Assembly: GCA_012729595.1 (NCBI GenBank)
Contig: JAAYCU010000129.1
Location: forward strand, 1-47,352
Direction: 5' to 3'
DNA length: 47,352 bases
DNA from: Phycisphaerales bacterium
GTDB lineage: Bacteria > Planctomycetota > Phycisphaerae > UBA1845 > PWPN01
Shown: positions 1-9,852 of the stretch, one piece after another
Numbering within the stretch: position 1 is the stretch's first letter
Layout: every line of letters begins with the position of its first letter
Notes under the pieces: model-generated
Told to the model about the DNA's origin: nothing
What the model saw: the letters and a program-made list of their open reading frames with translations, nothing else
Database searches by the model: none
Position numbers and translations under genes: made by a program

Positions 1-81
1 GTTGGCGATGTGCTGGCGACTGCCCCGCTTCTCATCGCAGGCGAGCACGACCCTCTCCCGTAAATCCATTGAGTAGGTCAT
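1..81 (-). CDS. IS630-family transposase, N-terminal fragment (runs off the window edge)
   Basis: Minus-strand translation from ATG at 81 gives MTYSMDLRERVVLACDEKRGSRQHIAN. YSxDLRERV is the typical IS630 N-terminal HTH start. Too short for the ORF track. Confidence 0.8.
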   Translation of the reverse strand, partial: MTYSMDLRERVVLACDEKRGSRQHIAN

Positions 82-125
82 GCATATATATCGGCAAATG
101 CTACGCTATTTCGTGAAATGCTCTA
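1..125 (-). mobile_element. Left end of an IS630-family insertion sequence
   Basis: On the minus strand TAGAGCATTTCACG lies about 40 nt upstream of the transposase ATG. The TA at 124-125 fits IS630 TA target specificity. The other end is outside the window. Confidence 0.7.
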
Positions 126-355
126 GTGTCAAGCTATATATATAGAATATTTCATGCGGATGTACGATGGTAAAGGATCTGTGTGTATAAGTCGATGTGG
201 GTAGTTTGTCGCAGTGCGTCAGGAACTGGTTTCATCTTGGACGTATCATCTGCTGCAAGGTCGAGTAGGTTTCCTCGCAATGGGGCAGTTCCTGCATGGG
301 CCGGTGACTCTTGCTCGAGGCCGGTCTGTTCATGCCACTTGCGAAAGTTACGTGT

Positions 356-1552
356 TCATGTCCCGAAGACCCGGCGGCGAGTGCGACGGTTGATGACTGG
401 AACCAATGTGTTGGCAACGAGCAGAGCCCAGTAGCCCGCGGCTGGAACACCTACCGCGATGCGCAGCAGCATGGCGACGATTCCAATAACCATACCGAAG
501 CGGATGTGCCCGCGGGTTGTGAGTGGCGAACTCGTAGGATCAGGGGCCAGCAGCACCAATACCAGCAGAAATTCTCCGGCGGTCAACTGGTATGTCAGAT
601 ATACCAGCCCGACGGGCAGTCCTTCCCAAACCGCGGCCCCAGGCAGCCAGAAATGGGTTATCTCGCCGTTTTCACTAAGCACGTGGAGCGGCAGGATAAA
701 GATCATGGCGGCGGCAGCCAATACCGCGGACAAAAACATGGGCCAGCGAAGAAACCCGCGCCACAACAGAAGCAGCCCCGCCACCAGTGAGGCCAACACA
801 CAGGCCGTCCCGATGGCCCCACCGCCCAGCCCGGCGATAGCCTCGGGCCAGGGTGGCAATCGATCGCGGATCAACTCGGCCAGAGCGGCCGAGGATGAGG
901 ATGGAGATACCCTTTCAAGAGCTGATTGGAGTGTTTCGGATATATTGGGGACGATCCACGCTTCCGTGCCGGCGGGCGGGGCGGCCGAGGCCCAGGTCTG
1001 CAAGGCCGGCAGCGGTCGCCCCCGGGTCAGGTTTCCCCAGAGCAAATGCCCGGCGGCCAGGACGGGCTGCTCGGCACGCGTAACCTGATCATGAAAGAGC
1101 ATTTGCATCGCGACCCGGGCCAGGGCGACCGGATGCCAGGTGTAGTTGCCTAATCCGCCCCCCAGATTCTGGCCAACTGCGACCGAGACAATCGAACCCC
1201 AGACCACTACCCGCCAGTCGATCAGTGGGGGCAGGGTTAGGGCGAACAGCAGACCGATCAGCAAGGCATGGCTCTCCGACCAGGAACGCCCCCGGCGAGT
1301 CAACAGGCTGAAGACGGATTCGGCTAACAGAGCCACGGCTATGGAGATGGCCGCCACCCGGATCACCGGCCAACCGAACAGAATCAGCCCGGACAGCAGC
1401 ACCACCGAGGCTCCGACCAGAAAGGTCCAGGAGATGAATGAGACACCCGCCGGACCATGACAGAAAGGCGCAACCCCGAGACGCAACGTGCCGGGTTCCG
1501 GTAAGAGAATCGGCTGCGGATCGCGCGTGTGTTGCGGATGTCTGCTCACCAT
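356..1552 (-). CDS. rnfD: RnfD/NqrB-family membrane subunit (divergent)
   Basis: Multi-TM protein with LFALTLPP, GGLGNYTWHPVALAR, APDPTSSPLTTRG and ALLVANTLVPVI, matching RnfD blocks. Overlaps the rnfC stop. Confidence 0.8.
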   Translation of the reverse strand: MVSRHPQHTRDPQPILLPEPGTLRLGVAPFCHGPAGVSFISWTFLVGASVVLLSGLILFGWPVIRVAAISIAVALLAESVFSLLTRRGRSWSESHALLIGLLFALTLPPLIDWRVVVWGSIVSVAVGQNLGGGLGNYTWHPVALARVAMQMLFHDQVTRAEQPVLAAGHLLWGNLTRGRPLPALQTWASAAPPAGTEAWIVPNISETLQSALERVSPSSSSAALAELIRDRLPPWPEAIAGLGGGAIGTACVLASLVAGLLLLWRGFLRWPMFLSAVLAAAAMIFILPLHVLSENGEITHFWLPGAAVWEGLPVGLVYLTYQLTAGEFLLVLVLLAPDPTSSPLTTRGHIRFGMVIGIVAMLLRIAVGVPAAGYWALLVANTLVPVINRRTRRRVFGT

Positions 1553-2898
1553 TGCACCTTCAGAGGAATAAGATATTTCAGTCTAGCGGCCGCTTCCGAT
1601 AAGGGAAGCTCGGCCGGGCAGACGAAACTGCACAGGCCGCATTCGAGACAGGCATGTGGCCAGAGGGGCAGCGCCTCCTCAATCTGGCCTCGTTCGTAGG
1701 CATCGAGCAAGGCACGCGGATCAAGACCTACCGGGCAATCGTCCTGGCACCGTCCGCAACGCACGCAGGGGCCCGGGTTGGCGAGGTAATCATGATCGCG
1801 ACCGACGGCCAGCAGGCGAGCGGTTTGCCGCGTGACTACGGATTCGACCGAGGCAACGGCCCGGCCGGTCAGCAGCGGACCCTCGATGAGCCGAAGCACC
1901 GGCCCGGTCAAGCCAACGTGTTGCAGAACATCGGCAAAGGGCGTGCCCAAGGGAATGAGGTAGCGGCCTTTTTTCCGCACCGCATCGCCAGTGACGGTAA
2001 CGAGCCGCCGCGTCAGGGGACGACGATGAAGACTGGCGTTCTCCAGGGCGAGCAACGCTTCGATTGCCAGTACGAACGCCCCGATCCTTGCCGGCGACGA
2101 ACCGTAGGGCGGTTCCTGGCCGGTGACGGCGTGGGTTAACAGGTTGGGATGGGTCTGCGGGTATTTATTGGGCAGGCCAAGGACACGCACGGGCTTTCCG
2201 GTGGCGGCCGCCCGGCAGCGCCGCACACGATGCGGATCGTAGCGATCGACCAACAGCCAGAGCCGCCGGGCTTTCAGGGTCTTACGCAGACGCACGGCCG
2301 AAGAAATTATGGTATCCAGCGAGGTGTCCAGCAGGTCGTTTCGGTCGTCCGGTTCGGGCTCGAAGTCGAGCGCGTTGATAATCAGATCGTTAAGGCGTTC
2401 GGTGGCTGCTTGGCGCAACCGGCGGCCGAGCGGGGTGGCGGACTGTCCGAAGTCGATCAGACCGGCCTCATCGGCCAACTCGGCCAGTTGCTCGATTGTG
2501 AGCGGGGCGGTGGACGCGAGGGCCATGCTGGGCTCGGAAGACTCGGCGACGGGTGGGGCGGTTGCTATGCGGACGGCCGGCACGTCGCTCTGCCGGACGG
2601 TATCGACGCTTTCAAGGGCGACCACTTTGCCGGCCAGCGGAGCATGGACGTCAAGGCTGTCGGGTTTTTCGCCCCGGCCGATGACCTGACCCGCTTGGAC
2701 CCGTTGCCCAACCTGCACGACGATCCGGGCGGCCGGCCCGTCATGCTGGATCATCGGTACGCACAGAACCGGCGGGTCCGGGAAATCGCGGATTCCCCGT
2801 GGCACGGCCAGATCGCGGCGGACGGGCAAGTACAACCCGCCGCGAAAGCTACGCCGACGACGAAAAAGGCTGTTCAGGCGAATCGATATTCCTCCCAA
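1546..2898 (-). CDS. rnfC: RnfC-like electron transport subunit with 2x[4Fe-4S] (divergent)
   Basis: FRGG start, sandwich-hybrid segment VQVGQRVQAGQVIG...VHAPLAGKV, SLBB-like PLGTPFADVL, and two motifs CVRCGRCQDDCP and CLECGLCSFVCP. Confidence 0.85.
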   Translation of the reverse strand: MGGISIRLNSLFRRRRSFRGGLYLPVRRDLAVPRGIRDFPDPPVLCVPMIQHDGPAARIVVQVGQRVQAGQVIGRGEKPDSLDVHAPLAGKVVALESVDTVRQSDVPAVRIATAPPVAESSEPSMALASTAPLTIEQLAELADEAGLIDFGQSATPLGRRLRQAATERLNDLIINALDFEPEPDDRNDLLDTSLDTIISSAVRLRKTLKARRLWLLVDRYDPHRVRRCRAAATGKPVRVLGLPNKYPQTHPNLLTHAVTGQEPPYGSSPARIGAFVLAIEALLALENASLHRRPLTRRLVTVTGDAVRKKGRYLIPLGTPFADVLQHVGLTGPVLRLIEGPLLTGRAVASVESVVTRQTARLLAVGRDHDYLANPGPCVRCGRCQDDCPVGLDPRALLDAYERGQIEEALPLWPHACLECGLCSFVCPAELPLSEAAARLKYLIPLKVQW

Positions 2899-3493
2899 GA
2901 AACTCCGACTATGGGAACCGAAGCGGCCGAAACTGTCAAAACCAGCCGAGGGGTGGCGACCGAACCGCTCGGCTTTCAGGTATTCAGATGATTAATCGCG
3001 AAGCGAGGGTGTTGTGTCATGTTGGCAAGCTCGTGGTCGAAAGGCTCGTGACCTTATCATTGGTTGTGTCACTCCGGCACACTGGGGTGGGCGGGCCGTC
3101 AAATTTCTTGTCCAACGTGTTTAATTAAGATATGTGTGGGCAACATGGCATTTTGGTATGTGCCCGTGACGGCTTTGCGGGTGCGAACCGTGCGATTTCA
3201 TACTGCATGGCCCGGCCTCGGTTCCTGCCCGGTCCCGTGCCTGCGATCCTGACCAGTCGCGGCGCTTCCGAACCCGCTACTGGTATGCCCCGGTATCCAG
3301 AAAAATGCTGGCCGAATAGGCTTCCATATCTTATTGAACATAAGTCCTTGCTCCTCCACGCCTACCAACGGTAGGAGCTCAATGGTGGAAGTTCAGGCAG
3401 GGGGGTTTGCTCCCAGCCAAGCAAGCTGTTAGAGTTTTTCAGGGCGGGCTGGGCCACTATTAAACCGGCCGTGCGGTTTCGGAGACTTAATTA

Positions 3494-5299
3494 ATGACCT
3501 GGCAGGCATGGTTTACACTCGCGGTGGTGGGTCTGATTTTCGCGGGTCTGTTCCGGCGTATTGGTCCGCCTGATGTACTTATGCTTTCCGGCACCATCCT
3601 GGTCGCCTTGGTCGGCATAATCTCGCCCCAGGAAGCCTTTCTAGGCCTGTCCAACGAGGGGATGCTCACCGTCGCGGCTTTGTTCGTGGTCGCTGCCGGT
3701 CTTCGTGAAACCGGCGTACTCGATCTTATTGGACACCATGTCATGGGCCGGGCTCGGAAAGAGCGCGGGGCCATTCTTCGCCTGGTTCCGCCGGTATTGG
3801 GCATGTCCGCGTTCCTCAACAACACCCCCGTCGTAGCCATGCTTATCCCCATCGTTTCCGACTGGTGCCGGAAAAACCGTATTTCACCATCGCGGATCAT
3901 GATCCCGATTAGTTATCTGGCTATTCTGGGCGGCACCTGCACCCTGATCGGCACCAGCACCAACCTTGTCGTCAACGGCATGATGATCCAATCGGGGATG
4001 AAGGGGATGTCGCTCTTCGAGTTGGGTTATCTCGGTCTGCCTTACGCGCTGATCGGCGTTATCTACCTCCTGGTAATCGGGAGACGGCTTTTGCCCAACC
4101 GCAAGGATCTGCTCGAGCAGTTGGGAGATTCCCGCCGCGAATACCTGGTGGATATGATGGTGCAGCCCGGTTGCCGGCTGATCAATCAGCGGGTTGATCA
4201 GGCCGGTCTGCGCCGCCTGCCCGGTCTGTTTCTTATCGAGATCAATCGCGGCGAGCAGATCATCACTCCGGTTCGCCCCGACGAAAGACTGTGCGAAAAC
4301 GATCGCCTCACTTTTACCGGGGTGGTCAGCACGATTGTCGATCTCGAACGTATCCCCGGACTGGTACCGGTAGTCGATGACAAATACATCGCCGCCGATT
4401 CCGAGCGGCGCGAACAGCGACTCTGCGAGGCGGTTATTTCCCCTACGTCGCCCGTTCTTTATAAAAGCATACGCGACGCGAATTTCCGCGCGCTCTATAA
4501 CGCCGCGGTTATTGCCGTCCATCGCGGCGGGGCCCGCCTGCAGGGTCGTATCGGAGATATTGTCCTCTGGCCCGGCGATACCCTTTTGCTCCAGACCGAT
4601 CCGCATTTCGCCACCGCTCACCGCAACAATACGGATTTCTTTTTAGTCGGTGGGGTGGAGGGCGCACGGCCGGTTCGGCATGATCGGGCCTGGCTCGCTC
4701 TCGGACTGCTGGCGGTTCTGATTGTTCTAATGACTCTGTCCACCGGCGGGATAGGTGGGATCGGCGGGATCCCCATCGCCCTCTCGGCCTTTCTGATTGC
4801 CGGCCTGATGATCGGAACGCGTTGCCTGTCCGCGGCCGACGCCCGCCAGAGTATCGATCTGCAGGTACTGGTCACCATCGCCGCGGCTTTCGGGATGGCC
4901 CGGGCCCTGGATAACTCCGGCGCTGCCGATTATGTGGCCCAAAAGGTATTGCTGATTGATACCAGTCATGCCCTCGGTCTATACCTGGCCTTGGCCGTCG
5001 TATACCTGGTCACCTCGCTTTTGACCGAAATGATTACCAATAACGCGGCGGCTATCCTGGTCTTTCCTTTCGCCCTCGCCCTGGCCAATAAGATTGGGGT
5101 TGATCCTAGACCTTTCGCTATCGCCGTTACCTTTGCCGCCTCCGCCAGTTTCGCCACGCCTATCGGTTACCAGACTAACATGATGGTATACGGGTTGGGC
5201 GGGTATCGGTTCAGCGACTTTGTCCGGGTGGGCTTGCCTCTTAATCTGCTGCTTGCCGTCGTGGCCGTCCTGCTTATTCCTCTTATATGGCCTTTTTGA
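3494..5299 (+). CDS. SLC13/CitMHS-family permease with two TrkA-C (RCK_C) domains
   Basis: SAFLNNTPVVAMLIP, GGTCTLIGTSTNLVV, TEMITNNAAA, FATPIGYQTNMMVYG and a central soluble region. Confidence 0.9.
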   Translation: MTWQAWFTLAVVGLIFAGLFRRIGPPDVLMLSGTILVALVGIISPQEAFLGLSNEGMLTVAALFVVAAGLRETGVLDLIGHHVMGRARKERGAILRLVPPVLGMSAFLNNTPVVAMLIPIVSDWCRKNRISPSRIMIPISYLAILGGTCTLIGTSTNLVVNGMMIQSGMKGMSLFELGYLGLPYALIGVIYLLVIGRRLLPNRKDLLEQLGDSRREYLVDMMVQPGCRLINQRVDQAGLRRLPGLFLIEINRGEQIITPVRPDERLCENDRLTFTGVVSTIVDLERIPGLVPVVDDKYIAADSERREQRLCEAVISPTSPVLYKSIRDANFRALYNAAVIAVHRGGARLQGRIGDIVLWPGDTLLLQTDPHFATAHRNNTDFFLVGGVEGARPVRHDRAWLALGLLAVLIVLMTLSTGGIGGIGGIPIALSAFLIAGLMIGTRCLSAADARQSIDLQVLVTIAAAFGMARALDNSGAADYVAQKVLLIDTSHALGLYLALAVVYLVTSLLTEMITNNAAAILVFPFALALANKIGVDPRPFAIAVTFAASASFATPIGYQTNMMVYGLGGYRFSDFVRVGLPLNLLLAVVAVLLIPLIWPF

Positions 5300-5453
5300 A
5301 TGAACGTCGATTTCCCGATACGCTGCGGAATCGGACACTAAAGTATGTTTTCCAGGCAGCGGACGTGGCGTAGCCGCTTTTGACACACTCAGCACGTCGT
5401 GTATACTTCGATTGTCATATGTTGTCAGTCCGTACTTGAGTGGGAGCCAAGTC

Positions 5454-6059
5454 ATGAACAGCGCGATTGTTGTACTAATTGTGATCGGGGTGATCGCGAT
5501 TCTTGTGATCGCCTGGGCGATTGGAATTTATAACCAATTGGTACGGCTGAGGAATCGTTACAAAAACTCGTTCGCCCAAATCGAGGTCCAGCTCAAGCGG
5601 CGATATGATCTGATTCCGAATCTGGTGGAGACGGTCAAGGGGTATATCAAGCATGAACGCGAAACCCTGGAGGCCGTGATCCAGGCCCGCAATCAGGCGG
5701 TCGGTGGATTGCAGAGGGCCGCCGCTGATCCCGGCAACGCCGAAGCGATCAAGGGGTTGGGCGGAATGGAAACGGTGTTGACCGGCGCCATTGGACGGTT
5801 GTTCGCTTTGGCCGAGGCGTACCCTGACCTCAAGGCCAATCAGAATATGATGCAGCTCAGCGAGGAATTGACCTCGACGGAAAATAAGGTGGCCTTCGCC
5901 CGGCAGGCCTTTAATGACTCGGTAATGAACTATAACACCTACAAACAAAGTTTTCCGCCCATTATTCTGGCCGGAATGTTCGGCCATGGCCAAGACGCTG
6001 CCCTCCTCGAATACGAGGATCGACAGGCCATTCAGGCGGCTCCGAAAGTCTCGTTCTGA
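5454..6059 (+). CDS. lemA: LemA family protein
   Basis: N-terminal TM, then YNQLVRLRN...QLKRRYDLIPNLVETVKGY...EAYPDLKANQN. ATG at 5454 follows GGAG. Confidence 0.92.
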   Translation: MNSAIVVLIVIGVIAILVIAWAIGIYNQLVRLRNRYKNSFAQIEVQLKRRYDLIPNLVETVKGYIKHERETLEAVIQARNQAVGGLQRAAADPGNAEAIKGLGGMETVLTGAIGRLFALAEAYPDLKANQNMMQLSEELTSTENKVAFARQAFNDSVMNYNTYKQSFPPIILAGMFGHGQDAALLEYEDRQAIQAAPKVSF

Positions 6060-6196
6060 ACCGCTCTGACGTTCAACGGGTTCGCAGGTACCACGTGATG
6101 TCCGGATCACTCCGGAGAGTTTCAGTATTCATCTCGAATGGATCATGCGCCGATTGCACAACCTTTGTTTGCATCGTTTAAAAGCGAGCAGTGAGG

Positions 6197-8146
6197 CTAT
6201 CCGGCTGCGGGGACCGAAGCTGGTTGGGTGGCCGGTATGAGGATTTGGTCAAAACGCTGAGCCCACTCGGGTCCGAACTGGTCAGGGATCGAAGCCTTGA
6301 GGCGTGCCAGGAATTCTCGGGCGCTTTCGGGATTGCTTTGGGCGGTTTCCTCGGCGTATCGAAGCAGACGCTCGGCGATAGCCGCCCGGACTTCCGGTAG
6401 TTTCGCGAGAGCGGCGAAAGTAATGGCATTTTCTGGCGAGGGAATACGCAAGCTGATATCTATATGCTTGGTTGCTATGCGCAGCCGACGGTCTGGCTGG
6501 TCTCCAAAGGCGGCTTCGGCCGCTCGGGCATAGGCCCCGACTGCTTCGTTAAGTTGGTTGGCCAGTACTAGGGCGTCTCCCAGTTGTTCGCGGATTTCGG
6601 CAAGGCGAACGCGTTCGCTGGGGGCGGAGGTGGTCAGAAGGTGATCGAGATCGGTCAGTAGGTCGGCACGGGCGGTGGCTATCGCGGCGTCCTGCCCGGT
6701 CCAGGAATCAAGGATGGCCTGCTGTTCGTCAGCGGGTAGACCGGTGAAAAGCTGCCGGTACGCGGTCCAAGCGGCTTTGGTAACCAGGGGGGATTTTTCG
6801 TTTTTGGCATCGAGCCGGTCACGAAGCGGTTTAAGGTGTTCGATTTTTGATCCCAGACGAGCCAGGGCCTCGGCCGCCGCCTCGCGCGTGCCGGGGTCGG
6901 GATCGTTCTCCAGCCGATCGATTAACAGAGGTATATGCTCGGCATTGCCGATCCGCCCGAGTCCGCGGATGGCCGCCTTGCGGATGGTGGCGGCTGGCTC
7001 ATCCGGTCCGGCAAATCCGGCCAACACGGGCAAGGCCGGACCGTCCCCGATTCGCGACATGGCCGTGATAATGTTTTCACGAAGGGTGGGGTTCTGTATC
7101 GGCAAGTTAATACGTTGAATAAGGGCTTCCGCGGCTTCGCGACGCACCTGATCGGTGACCCCCGAGGCCAATTGGCCCAGCAAGCTGAGTGCCTCCGCCG
7201 CACGCGCGGCAACCGCTTCATCGGGATCGTTCAACCCCGCGATACAATCAGCGATAGCCGCCGGATCCTGAAGCAGACCGAGGGCGTGATAAATGGTCGC
7301 CCTTACTTCGCCCGGCTGACCTTTCGCGAGCATGGTCCGCAGCAACGGGGCATCGGCTGGTACGCGGATATCGCGGAGCAGTTCGACGATGCGCTGGCGG
7401 ACGAGCGGATCGGAGTCGTCGAGCATGGAGCGGACTTTTTCGAGTACGCCGTTAGCCGGCTTGATATTCTTGTTCAGCCCGTCGTGCATGATTTCGAGGG
7501 CCGTTTCCCGCTCGGCAGGCACCATCGATTGCAGCCATCTAAGGAGTAATGTGGTCTGGGCTGCCTCGGGAGAGAGATCGAAAAGGGCCTTCATGTTGGT
7601 CTTCAGGGCTTCGGATAGCAGCCGGCCGCGGTGGCTTTGCAGGCTTGCCTGGACCGAGGGGTCGTTATAATGGGCCAGGGCTCTGCCGGCTTCACGCTGA
7701 AGAAGCTGATCGGGCTGTTGCAGGAAACGCAGGAGGTGCGGGGCGTATCTTGGATCCTGGGATTTCGTTGCGGCGATAGCCTGACAGATAGCCATCTTCG
7801 CGGAGATTTCATTTTTGCGCTCAAACAAAGTGATAAGCCGTTCCGCATTGTCCGCCAGATCGTTTTCCAGGATTGTGACGGCGGCTGCTTTTTTGGTCTG
7901 AATATCGTCCTCTCCCGTGAGGGTCAGAATAAGGTCGGCAATATCCGGCTGAGTAGAGGGCGGCACTGCGGCGGTTTGCGTCGCGGCTGCCGGCGGGGGC
8001 TCGGCCGTGGCGTTTTCCGAGCGGGCCGATCCGGGGTTCAGCAACAGCAGGAATCCAGGCAGGACCGATAATACTAAGGGTTGCATCCGCCGCCAGGGTC
8101 GTGGAAGCGCTGAAATGCCGACATGCCTGTACCGCGGAGGGTTCAT
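6197..8146 (-). CDS. Exported HEAT-repeat protein
   Basis: Hydrophobic signal-like segment and Pro/Thr linker, then repeated LxDxDPxVRxxAAxAL units. Start uncertain (possibly MQPLV). Confidence 0.75.
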   Translation of the reverse strand: MNPPRYRHVGISALPRPWRRMQPLVLSVLPGFLLLLNPGSARSENATAEPPPAAATQTAAVPPSTQPDIADLILTLTGEDDIQTKKAAAVTILENDLADNAERLITLFERKNEISAKMAICQAIAATKSQDPRYAPHLLRFLQQPDQLLQREAGRALAHYNDPSVQASLQSHRGRLLSEALKTNMKALFDLSPEAAQTTLLLRWLQSMVPAERETALEIMHDGLNKNIKPANGVLEKVRSMLDDSDPLVRQRIVELLRDIRVPADAPLLRTMLAKGQPGEVRATIYHALGLLQDPAAIADCIAGLNDPDEAVAARAAEALSLLGQLASGVTDQVRREAAEALIQRINLPIQNPTLRENIITAMSRIGDGPALPVLAGFAGPDEPAATIRKAAIRGLGRIGNAEHIPLLIDRLENDPDPGTREAAAEALARLGSKIEHLKPLRDRLDAKNEKSPLVTKAAWTAYRQLFTGLPADEQQAILDSWTGQDAAIATARADLLTDLDHLLTTSAPSERVRLAEIREQLGDALVLANQLNEAVGAYARAAEAAFGDQPDRRLRIATKHIDISLRIPSPENAITFAALAKLPEVRAAIAERLLRYAEETAQSNPESAREFLARLKASIPDQFGPEWAQRFDQILIPATQPASVPAAG

Positions 8147-8342
8147 CCGATTCAGGTTTCCTGCTCTGGGCTGGTTTGGAACTCGCGTAACCGATGCTTT
8201 CTAACCTAAAGTCCGAAAAACTTCAAGTTAAATAAAAGGTAACGCCGGTTGGCACGGCCTCAAGACCGTTTCGACCGCCTATAACAACATTCCATAAATC
8301 AGACCCTTAGCGGACCAAATAGTTAGGTCGTTAGGAGTTTTT

Positions 8343-9536
8343 TCATGGGTCCATACCGATGGCGATTATGGTAATGTCGTCGATCGGCCATGATGAATGT
8401 TCATTCCGACGTAAGCGGTCGCGGATATTCTCCAGAGCGGGCACTGGCCCGGCGCCGGTCAACAATTCAAGCCAAGGAGTATGCAGGAGGCTCTCTTCCC
8501 CGCAGACCTGTTCGTCGAGCAGTAGAGCCTCGATGCCATCACTGAAAAATAGCAGAACGTCGCCGGGTTCAAAGGAGTGCTGGACTATTTCAAAGGACTG
8601 ATCGGGCACGACGCCGAGCAGGCCGCCATCACTGCGTATCTGGCGGGCGGGTTGGCCGGGACGAATCAGGACGGGGTATGGCAGCCCGGCCCGAGCCCAG
8701 CGGATCTGCTTGGTTTCGCGGTCGAGGATTGCATTGAGAGCGGTAATAAACAGACCTTGGCTTAGGTTGGCGTTAAGCAACTCTATGTTGAGTCGGCTGA
8801 GCAGTTCGCCGGGCTCGACAATCCGATAGGTGTCGTGGTGGATGATTTTGTTGGCCGCCAGGGAGTTTTTAATAAGGATGGTCAGCAGGGCGGCGGGTAG
8901 TCCGTGACCGGTGGCGTCCGCCAGCGAAAAGCCAAAGCGGTCTTCGTCGATCCGCGAGAAATCGTAGATATCACCGCTGACATGGTCCGCGGGGAGAAAA
9001 AGCGTATGAATCGTAAAGGGGGCGGTGTCCTGTAAGGGAGGCGGAAGCAGGTCGCGTTGAATTTGGCTGGCCAACTGGATTTGGTCGGTCAGGGCTTTCG
9101 TGTCCGACATCCATTCTGCATCGCGCCGCTTGAGTTCAGCCAGTTCTTGTTGCATGCGGAGCATGGGGCTGCGGATTTCGCAGAGCGCCTGAATACGGCC
9201 GGCCAACTCGTCGGCGGTGTTGCGGTCGGTAGCGAACCGGATACTGAAATCCTGGGTGTTGGCAGGACGATCCGTCAGGATGTTCGTGGTCGAGGGCATC
9301 ACCAGAGCCGCGCAGGCATGTCCGGCGACCTCGGCCAGCAGGCGATCCATCACATCGGCCGGTCCGTCATGGCTCGGTATGATCACGCAAACGTCGGCCG
9401 AGGGTGAAACCCCGCTGGTCAACGCTTTTTCCACCGACCGGATGGATACGCGGGCTTTGAGCCGACCGAGGGCGGCCCGTAGGCTCCCGGGGACGGGCTG
9501 GTCATCGACAATGAGTTGAACATGCGGTATCGACAA
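8343..9536 (-). CDS. PP2C-type (SpoIIE/RsbU) Ser/Thr phosphatase with degenerate N-terminal receiver-like region and coiled coil
   Basis: ASQIQRDLLP, VSGDIYD, LADATGHGLPAALL, FFSDGI, DDITII. Confidence 0.88.
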   Translation of the reverse strand: MSIPHVQLIVDDQPVPGSLRAALGRLKARVSIRSVEKALTSGVSPSADVCVIIPSHDGPADVMDRLLAEVAGHACAALVMPSTTNILTDRPANTQDFSIRFATDRNTADELAGRIQALCEIRSPMLRMQQELAELKRRDAEWMSDTKALTDQIQLASQIQRDLLPPPLQDTAPFTIHTLFLPADHVSGDIYDFSRIDEDRFGFSLADATGHGLPAALLTILIKNSLAANKIIHHDTYRIVEPGELLSRLNIELLNANLSQGLFITALNAILDRETKQIRWARAGLPYPVLIRPGQPARQIRSDGGLLGVVPDQSFEIVQHSFEPGDVLLFFSDGIEALLLDEQVCGEESLLHTPWLELLTGAGPVPALENIRDRLRRNEHSSWPIDDITIIAIGMDP

Positions 9537-9852
9537 CGAATGGCCTCGCTCCGAGATGCTCCGGCGAATACCAGGACTTGTACCGGGCCGGTTCGCCGAA
9601 TGCGTATCGTTAGTAGATGCTTCGGCTGAAATACCTACGGACTTAATGTTTCAGGCCCGAGAAAAAGAAAAATATTGGACGTTGTGGCATTGCCGCATCA
9701 CGATAAGCCTTGACTTTTCGCCAGGCTCCAAGGCGTGGGATTTGGCGAAAACCATACTGGAGCAACCGACATGGCGGCCGATGTGATGCCTGTCGCACCG
9801 GAGATTGCCGTTTTATCGCTACCTGGAATCATAGACTATAATATTCCGCATC

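Noticed and set aside
5454-6196. lemA without its usual htpX/TPM partner
   Set aside because: Solitary lemA is common, and no partner remnant is visible.
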